Source: Saprolegnia diclina VS20
Taxonomy: Eukaryota
Assembly: GCF_000281045.1 (NCBI RefSeq)
Contig: NW_008246068.1
Span: 1,765,765-1,813,439 of the forward strand
Length of the DNA: 47,675 bases
Direction of reading: 5' to 3'
Made by a program: the position numbers and the translations under genes. The notes beneath the pieces are model-generated. The model did no database searches. It was given only the letters and a program-made list of their open reading frames with translations, and was not told where the DNA came from. Below are positions 23,338 to 35,400 of the stretch, piece after piece (within the stretch, counting starts at the first letter, position 1; every line of letters begins with the position of its first letter).

Positions 23338-25022
23338 TTACACAAAGGCCGGCGTTGCAGCGGCCGCGGGGCTGTGAAGATCCAGCTCCATGGCCTTGTG
23401 CAGTGCAGTCTCGTCGTCGTCGCCGGCCGCCGAGCTCTCTTGCGCCGCAGCAATCTGCGCGGCAATCACGCGCCAGTCGAGGCGCTGCAGGGCCAACAAA
23501 ATGAGCACAAACTTGGCGCCTTCCCCTAGCACACTAAGCTCTCCAATAAGATCAAGCACGCACACTATTTCCACGCACCTGCCCCACCAGAGACCCGCGA
23601 GGCCGCCGCGCAGCGTCAGGCCAAACAGGTACGAGGCCGGGAGGAGCACGAACCAGGACCCGACACCCGAAATGACCGCCAGCGTTGAAGCCAGCGACAT
23701 GGCTTCAATGACCGCCGACAAGAAGACGTGGAAGCTCGAGAAGGCCATCGCGAGCCCAAACATCGGGAGGATGCTCAGAATAACGTCGACGACGGCCTCG
23801 TCACTGGTGAATACACCAATCAGCGGCCGGCCAAAGAGCACGACACCAAGCACCGTCACGATGGACGAAAGCGCGCCGAGGACAAACCCCACGAGTAGCG
23901 TGCGCTTTGCGTTGCGCGGCTGGTTGGCGCCAAGCGCATGCGAAATGCGCACTTGGATCGGAAGGCTAAAGCCCGCAAAGACGCCGTACCCGAGCATCCA
24001 GATGTTGAAGACGATGCTGTTGGCCGCGAGGTTGATGCCGCCGAGCGCGCCGGCGACCATGGCCACGACGTTGTATGCCCACTCGTCGAGCGCGAGGTTG
24101 AGAAACATGGCGCCAGTCAGCGACGCGAACCGGGCCACGTACGCTGGGTTGAGCACCGCCCACGACCAGCCGCCCCACGTGCCTACACCCTTCCTACTGA
24201 GTACGAGAAAGGCAGCACGACATCGTACGCTTGTGGTAGCCCTTGTACAGGAACGCATAGAGGAAGAGCGCGGTCGGCTGGAAGACGGCGGCGACAAAGG
24301 CCGCGAGCGGGCTCCCGATGAAGCCGAGACCGGCAAACGACCCGACGCCGTAGATCAGAACGTAGTTGGCGCCAAAGACAACGCCGACGCTCCACGTGTC
24401 GATGACTGTTGTTGGCGTGAGGATCTCTTGAGCCTGGAGGTATTGCCTGCGCCGTCCGTGAGCAAGAACGACGTACGATCGATGCAAAGTACCGCAGCGC
24501 GACGTAGAAGGCTTGGGGCCACACCGAGAGCGCCGAGTAGCGCGCGTACGTGTCGGCGAGCAGGAGGAGCTCGGCGTCGTCCGTCACGATCGACATGATG
24601 TCGCCGACGTAAAAGTACACCACCATCACGGGCACCGAGAGCAGCGTGAGCCCGAGCAGCCCGAGCTGGAACCACGTGCCGACGAGCTCGTAGTTCTTGG
24701 CGCCGTACGCTTGGCCGCAGAGCTACGTATGCATATAGCCATGTAGCACATCGTACGAGCTGCCTACGGTGCAGATGGAGACGGCAAACGCCCAGTTGAG
24801 CACGCGGAGCGCGCCGATGAACGAACCCGCGAGCGCGCCAGCCGCGAGCTCCTTCGTGCCGAGGTGCCCAAGGAAGGCCGTCGAGATGGTCGTGACGCAG
24901 AGCCGGCAAAAGGTCGCGAGGCTCACCTTCCACGCCATGCCGCCGATGGCCGCCGCCTCGGCGCGCAGGTCGCCCCAGCCGCCCTCGCTCGCGACGAGTG
25001 GCGTCGCTTCGTCGGCGCCCAT
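23338..25022 (-). CDS. MATE-family efflux transporter, multi-exon
   Basis: Fragments AFLGHLGTKELAAGALA, QAYGAKNYELVG, GWSWA, DEWAYNVVAMVAG, RISHALGANQP and GGLAGLWWG are typical of eukaryotic MATEs. Start MGADEATPLV at 25022; stop at 23338-23340. Confidence 0.92.
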
Positions 25023-25605
25023 GCTGCGTAATCGGCCGGATAAAGCCCTCCGGATACGCAACACATATGACGTGGCGCGTGGACGACACGAAAGTATCAT
25101 CGCTGGTCAAGTAGCCAGTGCTGCAATCTTTTTCCGGCGTCCAAGATCGGTGGCGTCGGGTCCCACTGCCGACGCCGTCACTTACGACGTGTGTCGCAGT
25201 CACGAAGCCGTCGCCGCCGCCGTCCGCGGACGCGTGCCCAGCGCCATCGCACCGCTGCGTCGCACTCCGCGCCATTACCGAGCCGTGTCTATGGCTCCGT
25301 CCGACCGGCGCCGCCACGGGGCGGAAGCCATGCCTCGAACCGGCGCCAACGGCTACGATTGCGTTCAGCGTTGTCTCTCGAGGGCTATGGCGTGCGTCGC
25401 GTCTCGCCCGTGGCGACAGGCCGCCCGACCGAGGTGGCGGCGCGCGGCCGTGACGCATCGCTGGCTCGATGTTACTGCACCTGGGTGTAATTCATTCGGA
25501 TTTGGCAAATGACTTGGCCATTGTATGTAATTTAATTCGAAAACGCAACGGCTCCAACCTATAAAAAGAGGTGCGGAGCCAGCAGGTCATTTTTGCCAAG
25601 TCGCC

Positions 25606-28600
25606 ATGGGGAACTGCTGCTCGAACGCGAGCGCGGCGACGGTGATACCGCCGGTGCGCCCGTCGGTCTCGGCGTCCGCAGCCAAGGAGACGCCCGCTAG
25701 CCGCCGGTCCTCCGAAGGCCGGCGCTACTCGGCCGGCCCGCTCACGGTCAAGGACCTCGACATGCGCACGCTGGCACCGCCCCGCGCCAACGTCTTTACG
25801 AGCGGCAACTACACCTTCTCGTACGCCTTCGTGTCCCAGCGCGGCTACTACCCCGACGGTACGCTCTGCTTGTAATAGTTCGTGTGGCGCAGGCTGAGCA
25901 CCTCCATGGCTAGCGCTCCACAAGCCCAACCAAGACGCGTTCACGTGCTTGCCGACCTTCCATGGCGACAAGTCCTTCTTTGGCGTCTTTGATGGCCATG
26001 GCTCGACCGGCGAACACTGCGCGCAGTTTGCCCGCGACAAGGTATCGCGCTGCTCGATCGTCTTGTGCCTCATGCAGCATCCTGCGTAGGTGCCAGACCT
26101 CTTGGCGGAGAACCTCAAGAACGGCATGCCTGTCTCCAACGCGCTCTCGCTCGCCCACATTGACGCCAACAGCCTCGTACGTAGTCATGCGTACCCTCCA
26201 CCCTCTCATGCGGCATGCAGATCCACTCGGCGTCCTTTGACGACTCGATGAGTGGCACAACTGCAATCTCGATTCTCTTTGACGGCAATGAGATCCACGT
26301 GTCCAACGTCGGCGACTCGCGTGCGATCGTTGCGCAGGAAGTGTCGAGCGACGGCGAGGCACCACAGCTCGTGGCCAAGCCGCTCTCGATCGACCAGACG
26401 CCGTTCCGCAAGGACGAGCGCGACCGCGTCAAGAAGACGGGCGCGCGCATCATGACGGTCGACCAGCTCGAGGGCTACGAGCCGATCCACGAGAACTGGG
26501 GGCTCACGCTCGGCGACGAGATCGATGAGAGCGGCGACCCGCCGCGCATTTGGCACCCGCACGGCGACTACCCGGGCACGGCCTTTACGCGCAGCATCGG
26601 CGACCAGGTCTCGGAGGAGCTCGGTGTCTTTGCCGAGCCCGAGATCGTCACCAAGACGCTCGGCGCGCATGACAAGTTCCTTGTGATTGCGAGCGACGGC
26701 GTCTTTGAGTTCCTGACATCGCAGGCCGTCGTCAACATCGTCAAGCTCTACAAGGACCCGCTCGAGGCCTCCCGCGCGGTCGTCGAAGAAGCGTACAACC
26801 GCTGGCTGCAGTTTGAGGTGCGCACGGACGACATTACGTGCATCTGCATCTTCCTCGACGACGCGCCCATGGCTGCGCCCATCATGCCCGCCGTCTCGCG
26901 CGAAGCGTCGGCCAACTCGACCAAGATGCACCGCAACAGCATCATCGCCGGGCGCGAGGTGCTGCTTGCGATGGAAGACAGCCTGCGTCCCGTGCGCGGT
27001 CTCGGCGTCGACACCAACAAGAGCTGGCGGTCGCGCCAAACCATCATTGGCGCCGACGCTGTGCACATTTCCATGTTGCCCGATGACGACGAGGCGTCAC
27101 GCGCGTCCTTGCCGTCGTCCCCGACGTCCGATGACGCGCCGTTTGACCTTGCTGCGCACACAGTCGCCAAGTCGGAAGAAGACAAGGATGCGCTGTGGAA
27201 CATGGTCCAGCACAACTTTTTGTTTTCGCATCTGACCGACGACAAGGTCCGTCACGCAGCGTCCTGTCCGTGTCTCACGCGTCATTGTAGCTGAATGACG
27301 TCATTGCCGTCATGGACAAGGAGACCGTCCTTGCCGGCCAAGTCGTGATCCGCCAAGGCGACGACGGCGACAAGTTCTACCTCGTACGTCAACACATCTA
27401 TCGAGACATCGACGGACGGAGGCGCGTAGGCGGAAGCTGGCAAGTACGACGTCCGCGTCAAGTCGCCCGAGATGCCGACGACCGACGACGACCACGAGCT
27501 CGGGCCCGTCGTCCATACGTACACGGCCACCGCGAGCGCGCACCCGACCTTTGGCGAGCTCGCGCTCATGTACTCCAAGCCCCGCGCGGCGTCGGTGGTC
27601 GCGACCTCGAACGGCACGCTGTGGTCGATTCGCCGGAGCGCGTTCCGGTCCATCCTTGTGCGCCGGCCGCTGCGCAACGTTGTCGCCCGCCTCCGCGCCG
27701 TGAGCCTCCTCAAGCCGCTCACGAGTGCGCAGCTGCACTTGCTCGCCGAAGCGATCAAGACGGTCGTCTACGAGAAGGACGCGGTCGTGTGCAAGGAAGG
27801 CCACGTCCACGACAAGTGGCTCGTCGTCGTCAGCGGCGCCATCTCGGACCTCAAGACGCAGCACACGTACTCGACGCACGCCTCGGTGACGGACTTTGCG
27901 CTCACGGGCTCCTCGTCCATGAGGTCCCCCGATCCCACTGTGTAGTATATGGGTGCTGAGGCTCAGATGCGTAGTCCGACGACGCTCGTGGCCACTGAAA
28001 CCACCGAGTGCCTCTGCGTGACGCGGGCGGCGTTCGAAGAGGCCGTCGGCAACCTCGAGACGCTCGTGGCGACGTACCAGACACGGATAGCGCGCAAGCA
28101 CGAGCTCACGGCGGCCAAGAAGACGACGCCGGTACGTTCGACCACGGAGAAGGGACGGTGTTTACGCCGTCGTGTAGCTGCGCGCACTGCTGCCGCTTGG
28201 TGCGCCGATCGAGGGCGTCTCGACCTTGGATGACCTTATTGTCGGGCCGACCGTCTTCCACGACGAGTCGTGCGCGTTCCGCATTGTGACGACTAAGAAT
28301 GCAGATGCGAGTGCGATGACGCTGCGCTCGATGCCCAAGCAAGTCGCTTGCGATCGCCGACAAAAGCAGGCGCTGGCGGCCGAGCAGGACATGCTCCTCG
28401 CGCTTGGCAACGACCTTCCGCGTGGCATCACGCCGGTGGCGGCCATCAGCCACACGGCCACGGACCTGCACGCTCTCTTTGACCGCCCGATTGTGGGTCT
28501 CCTCGAGGAGTTTGGCATCTTCCCGCTCGCCGAGTCGTCCGTGCGCTACTACGCGGCCCAGCTCGTGCTCAGTCTCCAGCGCTTCCACGCGGTGCGTCCG

Positions 28601-29377
28601 CGGAACCCTCCTCTTCAAGGCTCATGCTGGGTGTAGGAGGGCATTTTGTGCCGGTCGCTGGACCCGACCAACCTCATGGTCGACGCGCACGGCCAGCTCT
28701 CGATCGTCGGCCTCCGGTACCCGCCTCTGGCAATATTGGCTGCAAGTGCTCACTCGGCGTAGGCAAAGCAAGTATGTCGGTGCCGGCCGCACCTTTACGA
28801 TCTGCGGCAACCCCGAGTACATCTCGCCCGAGCAGATCAACGGCCACGGACAGTGCTTGGCGTCCGACTACTGGAGCCTCGGCGTCCTCCTCTACGAGAT
28901 GGCGGTCGGCCACACGCCGTTTGACGGGCTCGCCGAGCTTGATATGTACCGCAGCATCGCGTCCTTCTCGCCGGTTCGAGTCCCTTTGCATGCCTGTATT
29001 CTCAGTGTAATGCTTGTAGGACACGCTCGCCTTTCCGGAGCACGTCTCGACGGGTCTGCGCGGCTTCATTGAGGCGCTCCTCCACACCAAACCCAACGAG
29101 CGCCTCGGCTGGACCGACACGATCGAGCTCGACGAAGATGCGGGTGTCATGAACGAAGCGTTCTTCGAGTCGGTCAACTGGGCCGCCCTCAAGGCCAACG
29201 AACTGCCGGTACGCCTTTCGACTCACTTGAAACATTGACATTTTTGGACAGGCGCCGCTCGAAGACATTGCCGGCGTCAAGTTTCGGGACCTCCTCGCGT
29301 CGGCGCCCGCGAGCAAGCGGACGCTGGACCTCGCCGTGCCGTACACGCGCGAGGTGGACTGGATGGCCGACTTTTAG
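25606..29377 (+). CDS. PP2C phosphatase - two cyclic-nucleotide-binding domains - AGC-type (pseudo)kinase fusion, ~1085 aa, 12 exons
   Basis: Introns at 25859-25913, 26042-26089, 26177-26220, 27247-27290, 27384-27429, 27924-27974, 28132-28177, 28592-28636, 28717-28762, 28974-29019 and 29209-29251 give 3258 nt in frame. PP2C: SQRGYYPDALHKPNQD, FDGHG, NVGDSR, FTRSIGD, ASDG, DDIT. CNBD: IRQGDDGDKFY, FGELALMYSKPRAASV. Kinase C-lobe: TFTICGNPEYISPE, DYWSLGVLLYEM, ERLG. Confidence 0.93.
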
Positions 29378-29385
29378 CAGATAAT

Positions 29386-29461
29386 GAAATTGGTTATAAT
29401 TGTGTTGAAACGACCGCGAGGGGCGGGGAAATTGGTTATAATTGTGTTGAAACGACCGCGA
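29386..29461. repeat. Perfect 34-bp direct repeat, two copies, period 42
   Basis: gaaattggttataattgtgttgaaacgaccgcga at 29386-29419 and 29428-29461, separated by ggggcggg. Confidence 0.95.
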
Positions 29462-29487
29462 CGGTTTCCGCGACCAGTCGACAAAGC

Positions 29488-32400
29488 ATGGCCTCCAAGG
29501 TGCTCGAGCAGCTCATCGCGCGCGGGCGCCGTGAGCGCAAGCCCTCGGAGCAGCGCGAGGTCGCCTTCAACCTCGCCGAGGTGTCGACGAACCCCGAGTT
29601 CCACGCCAAGATGGTCGAGAAGGGCGTCGTTCGGGCGCTTCTGCACCTGATCAACGAGTCGTCGGACGACCAGGGCCTGCGCTTTGCGTGTCTCTGCCTC
29701 GGCAACATCTCGTCGTGCGTCGCCATGCGCGTCCGCATCGTCGAAGAGGGCGTCGTGCCGCCGCTGGTCGGCCTCATGACCAAGTCCGACGGCGACGTCG
29801 TCGGGAAGCAGTATGCGGCCATGGCGGTCGGGAACCTCGCGGCCGAGCCCGAGAACCAAGAAGAAATCGTCAAGCTGCACGCGATCTCGGCGCTCGTCAA
29901 CCTCCTCGACCCGGACGCGCCGTCGCTCGGCGCCTACAGCGCGTTTGCGCTCGCCAACCTCGCCATCAACAACGAGTACCGGCCGCTCATCGTCGAGGAG
30001 AGCGCCGTGCCCCGCCTCATTGCGCGTACGACGCTCTTCCTCTCGCCATCGTCTCACATGGGCTTCTAGTGGCGTGCTGCAAGGACCTCAGTGCGCAGCG
30101 CCAGGCCATGGCGGCGCTGCGGGGCATCTGCATCACGCCGGCGTACCGGCTCGTGGTCGTCAAGGAAGGGATTCTCGACCCGCTCGTGCTCCTTGCGCGC
30201 TCGGACGAGCTCGACATTTCGCGCGAAGTCGCCGCGGCCTTTTGCACGCTCTCGTGCATGGAGGCCAACAAGATGGAGATCGCCGACCGCGCGCTCCTCA
30301 CGATCCTCGCCATGAGCTTGTCGGGCGACGCGTCCGTCGAGCAGTTTGCGTGCTGCACGCTGGCGAATCTGCTCGAGATGCCAGAGTTGCACCCCAAGCT
30401 CATCCGCGAGAACGGCCTCGCGTCCCTCCTCGCGCTCGCCTCCAACGACGAGCCGAATACCAAGGCCGAGGCTTGCCGCGCGCTCGCCAACCTCAGCGCC
30501 AACGAGGAGATGCACGAGCCTCTCATGGTGCAGGGTATCTTGGACCCGATCTCCAAGGCGCTCGTCTTCACCCACCACGTGACGCAGCGCTACGCCGCGC
30601 TCACGATTGCGAATCTGAGCGTGGTTGGCCGCCACCAGATCGCGATCGTGAGCCTCGGGCTCATTCGGCCGCTCATTGCTCTCGCGCAGGCGTTCGACCG
30701 CGAGCTCGAGGCGCGCCGGTACGCGGTCCTCGGCATCGCCAACCTCGCAGCGATGGTCGCCAACCACCCGGCGATCCTCGAGGAAGGCGGTCTCCTCGCC
30801 CTCTTCTCGCTCTCGAGCTCGTCGGACGCACTGAGTCAGTACTACGTCGCGTATGCACTCGCCAACCTCGCGTCCAACGACGCCAACCACAACCGGATGA
30901 TTGAGGAAGGGGGGCTGCAGCCCATCATCACACTCGCGTGCTCGGCCGACTCGGACGCGCACCAGCAAGCCGCGGCTGCCCTCCGTGGGCTTAGCGTCAC
31001 GCCGGCCAACAAGATCAAGATCGTCCAGGAAGGGGGCTTGGAGCCCCTCGTTCGGCTCCTCGGCACGGACGACGACGTCGACGTCCTCCGCGAGGTCTGC
31101 GGCGCGCTCTGCAACCTCAGCGGCAGCGAAGAAACCAAGTACGAGATTGCGAAAAGCGGGTGCGTACCGCCGCTGCTCGCCCACGCGCAGTCCGAAGACA
31201 TGCTCGTCGCGCGCCAGTGCAGTGGCACGCTGGCCAACCTCGCCGAGGTCGAGGAGAACCAGGCGCTGATCGCCGCCGAGCGCGGGATTCCCCCCCTCAT
31301 CGCGTGCATGCGGTCGCAGTTTGTCGAGGTGCAGCGCGAGGCCGGCCGCGCGCTCGCGAACCTCTGCGCGCGCCACGCCAACCACGACGAAATCATTGCG
31401 ACCGGCGGCCACCAGCTGCTCATCTCGTCGCTTCTGTCGCCCGACATGGCCTGTCAGCGCGTCGGCGCGCTCGGCCTTTGCAACCTCTCGACCAACCCGG
31501 ACGAGCGCGTGACGCTCATGACCTGCGGCGCCATGGACCCGCTCATGTCCCTGGCGCGCTCGGAAGACGTCGAGGTGCGTCCTTTTGCATGCCAAGAGGC
31601 TTGCCGCTCACGTCCGAGGTTCTAGGTCGAGATCCAGCGCTTTGCGATCTTGGCGATCGCGAACCTCGCGTCCTGCGTCGAGAACCACAAGATGATGGTC
31701 CAAGAAGGCTCGATTCCGCTGCTCATCAGTCTCTCGAGCGCGCCGGACCAAGAAGTGCGCCAGTACGCGGCGTTCGCCCTCGTCAAAGTCGCGCTCAACG
31801 CCGACTTGCGCAAGAAAATCACCGAAGAAGGCGGGCTCGAACCGGTCTTGTACCTCGCGCGCACCGAAGACTCGGACATCCACCGCGACGTGCTCCCCGC
31901 GCTCTGCACGCTCTCGTTTGCTGGTACGTGATCTCTATTTTCTACCCCCGACTTTAGCGTGGGTTAGATGCCAACAAGGCCGAAATGTGCAAGAGCGGCG
32001 GCCTACCCCCTCTCATTGCGTCGTTGAGCAGCACGGACGGCGCGACGCACCGCCAAGCGTGCTGCGCGCTGGCCAACCTCAGCGAAAGCATCGAAAACCA
32101 AGCGCGGATCGTCAACAGCGGCGCGATCGGCCCGCTCGTCGACGCGCTCATTTCGGGCACCGAGGTCATCCAGCGCGAGGCCGCCCGCGCGCTTGGCAAC
32201 CTCGCCGCCAACTGCGACTATGGCGATGTCATTCTGCAGCGGGGTGCTGTCTCGCCCCTCGTGACGCTCTTGACGTCCGAGGTCGTCGAGTGCCAGCGCA
32301 TGGCGGCCATGGCGCTCTCCAACCTCGCGACCAACGTCGAGAACCAAGGCCGCATGCTCAAGCTCAAGATTCTCGACCCTGTCATCGCGTGCTTGGAGGA

Positions 32401-35400
32401 GGCACTGGACCCACGCTCGGTCGCCGACAATGAAACCATCCGGTACTGCCTCCTCGTTCTTGCCAACCTGGCCGTGTCCCAGACGACCCACCCCGAGATC
32501 ATGGCCCGCGGCCTGCACTTGCTCACGAGCTACGCCAAGCACCGCGACGTCAAGTGCCGGCAGTTTGCCGTCTTTGGCCTCGGTAACCTCTGCAGCAACC
32601 CGGAAAACGTCTACGCGATCGTCGACGCGCATGCGCTCAAGCCGCTCGTCTCGTTTGCGTTCCCTGGCGACACGAACGTCCAGTTCCAAGCCATTGCAGC
32701 CCTCCGCGGTCTCTCGGTCAACCAAGACGTGCGCCAGCAAATCATGCGTCTCGGCGCGCTCGAGCCGCTCATCCTGGCCGCGAGCTCCGAGTCCATCGAG
32801 GTGCAGCGCGAGGTGGCCGCGACGCTCTGCAACCTCTCGATCTGCGAAGAGAACAAGGTCACGATGGCCCGCGGCGGGTGCCTTCCGCCGCTCATTAGCC
32901 TCGCGACGAGCGGCGACCCGTCGCGAGAGCGCCACGCGATCTGCGCACTCGCCAACATCGCCGAGATGGTCGAGGGCCACACGCAGCGCAAGATGCTCGA
33001 GGAAGGCGTGCTCACACCGCTGTACGCGCTGACGACGTCTCCGGACATTGAAATTAAGCAGCAAGTCGCGCGCTGTCTGGCGCTCTTTGCGTCGAAACCG
33101 TCGTCCCAGCCGACGCTCTTGCGGAGCAACGCGCTGCAGCACATTGTGGGTTTTGTCAAGTCGCCGGACGCCCTCTGCCAGCGCTTTGGGACGCTCGCGA
33201 TCGGGAACCTCGCGGTCTCGGCCGCCAACCACAAGGACCTCTTTGACCAGGGCGCGATCGCCGCCTTGCTGCATCTCGAGGCGTCGAGCGATGCGGAGAC
33301 GAGGCGGTGCCTCGCCTTTGCCATCAACAATGTCGCGGGCAACGAAGGTAACTGGGCGACGCTGGGCAAAATGGGCATACTGCGCACGATCATCGGGCTC
33401 ATGGGCGACGCCGACGAAGAGACGCACCTCCAGGCGTGTTTTGCAGTGCGCCGGCTGGCGCTCGAGCCCAAGACGCGCGTTCAGATCGTGCTGCACGGCG
33501 GCCTCAAGCCGCTCTTCTCGCTGACGCTCTCCGAGTCGACCGAAGTCCAGCGCGAGGCGACTGCTGCGATTCGGAATTTGAGTTTGAGCGAAGACAACAA
33601 AATCGCGATTGTCCTCAACGGCTTACTGCCGCCGCTCGTGACGCTCGCGCACTCGGGCGACATTGAGGTCTCCCATCAAGCGGCCGGCATCCTCGCCAAC
33701 CTCGCCGAAGTAGTCGAGAACCAGGGCCGCATGGTCCAGGAAGGCGTGCTCCAGCACGTCAAGTTCATTCTGCGCTCCAAGAACGTCGACATTCAGCGGG
33801 AGGCGGTGCGGTGTATCGCCAACATGTCGGCCGAGTACGCCTACACAGCAGAGATTGCGTCCACGGGCGGCCTCGGTCCGCTCGTCGCGACGCTGAGCTC
33901 CCCGGACTTTCTCTGCCAGCGCTACGGCGCCATGGGCCTCGCCAACCTCTCGACCAACGTTGACAACGTGTCCAAGCTAATCCAAGACGGCGCGATCCAC
34001 CCGCTCTCGGTGCTCGCCAAGCTCGGGAACGGCGACATTGACAGCCAGCGCTACGCCGTCTACGCGCTCACCAACCTAGCGTCCGTGCAGACAACGCACG
34101 GTCAGCTCATTGACGCCGGCATAATCTCGCTCTTCACGTCGCTTCTGAACGAGGCCGATGCGAGCATCCGCAACGCCGCTGCATTTGGAATTGCCAACTT
34201 TGCCGCGTTCCCCGAGAACCACGCGCTCTTGGTCGACGCCCCCAACTGCCTCTCGTCCTTGCTGCAGCTCGTGGCGTCGGGCGACGGGAAGAGCGTGCTG
34301 CGCGCCGTCTCGGCCCTCCGCGGCCTCTCGGTCGACGCCGCCGTGCGCGACCGCATCGTTCAAATGGGCGGTCTTCCTCCGCTTTTGGCGCTCACGCGGT
34401 CCAAAGATATGGACGTTCAGCAAGAAGTGCTGGCGACGCTCTGTAATTTGAGCTTGAGCGGCTGCATTGGCGCGTCGCCCGACCTCTTCCTCGACGCCTG
34501 CGATGTCCACGCGCTCATTGCGTTTCTGTGCTCGGCGGACGCCACGTACCGTCTCTTTGGCGCCATCACGTTGGGGAACATTGCGTCCAAAGCCCAGCAC
34601 CAAGAGACGATCGTGGACGCTGGCGCGCTCACGCCGCTCGTCGAGCTCTCGAGCGCCGTCGACTTGGAGACGCACCGCTGCATCGCGTTCGCGCTGTGCA
34701 ACCTCGCGTCCGAGCCCAGTCGCCGGCCCATGATTGTCGACGCAAAAGGCATCCCGCCGATCATCGCGCTCGCGTGCTCCGAGGACCCTGAGGACAAGAA
34801 AACAGCCATCGCCGCGCTGCGGGGTCTCAGCAGCGCCCGCGAGAGCCGAGTGAAAATCGTGCGCGACGGAGGCCTCGAGCCTCTCGTGCTGGGCGCGACG
34901 TCGAGCGACCACTTTGTGCGCCGCGAGGTGGCGGTCGCTGCCTACAACTTGTCGCTCGACGAGTCCAACAAGGTGTCGATTGCAAATTCCGCGCTCCTGC
35001 CGCTGCTCATCCAGCTCGTGGGCTCGTCCGACACGGACTTGGACGCTACGGTACGTCCTACTCGTTGTTGGATGGTCGAGGCTGACGATCGCTCTGTAGA
35101 CACATGCACCGTTTCACTTGATCGCTACCTATGCCTGCGCGACGCTGGCGACCTTGGCCGAAGACGTCTCGACGCACGACCGCATTTTGCGCGACCGCGG
35201 CGGCGCCTTCCTCGTCGACCTCAAAAGCGTCGACGATCCTTGTGTGCTCTCCGAGGCGCTCAAATGTGTGTGCAACTTGGCGTGCAACTACGCGACGCAC
35301 ACGCGCCTCTTGGAAGACCTCTGCCACGACCTCCTCCTGCACGCGCTGCGCCCCGGGTTTGACGAGACGATCCGCACCTTTGGCGCCATCGGCCTTGGCA

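Noticed and set aside
29386..29461. 34-bp direct repeat as a mini-CRISPR array
   Set aside because: Only two copies, an 8-nt spacer, no cas genes and an intron-rich eukaryotic context.
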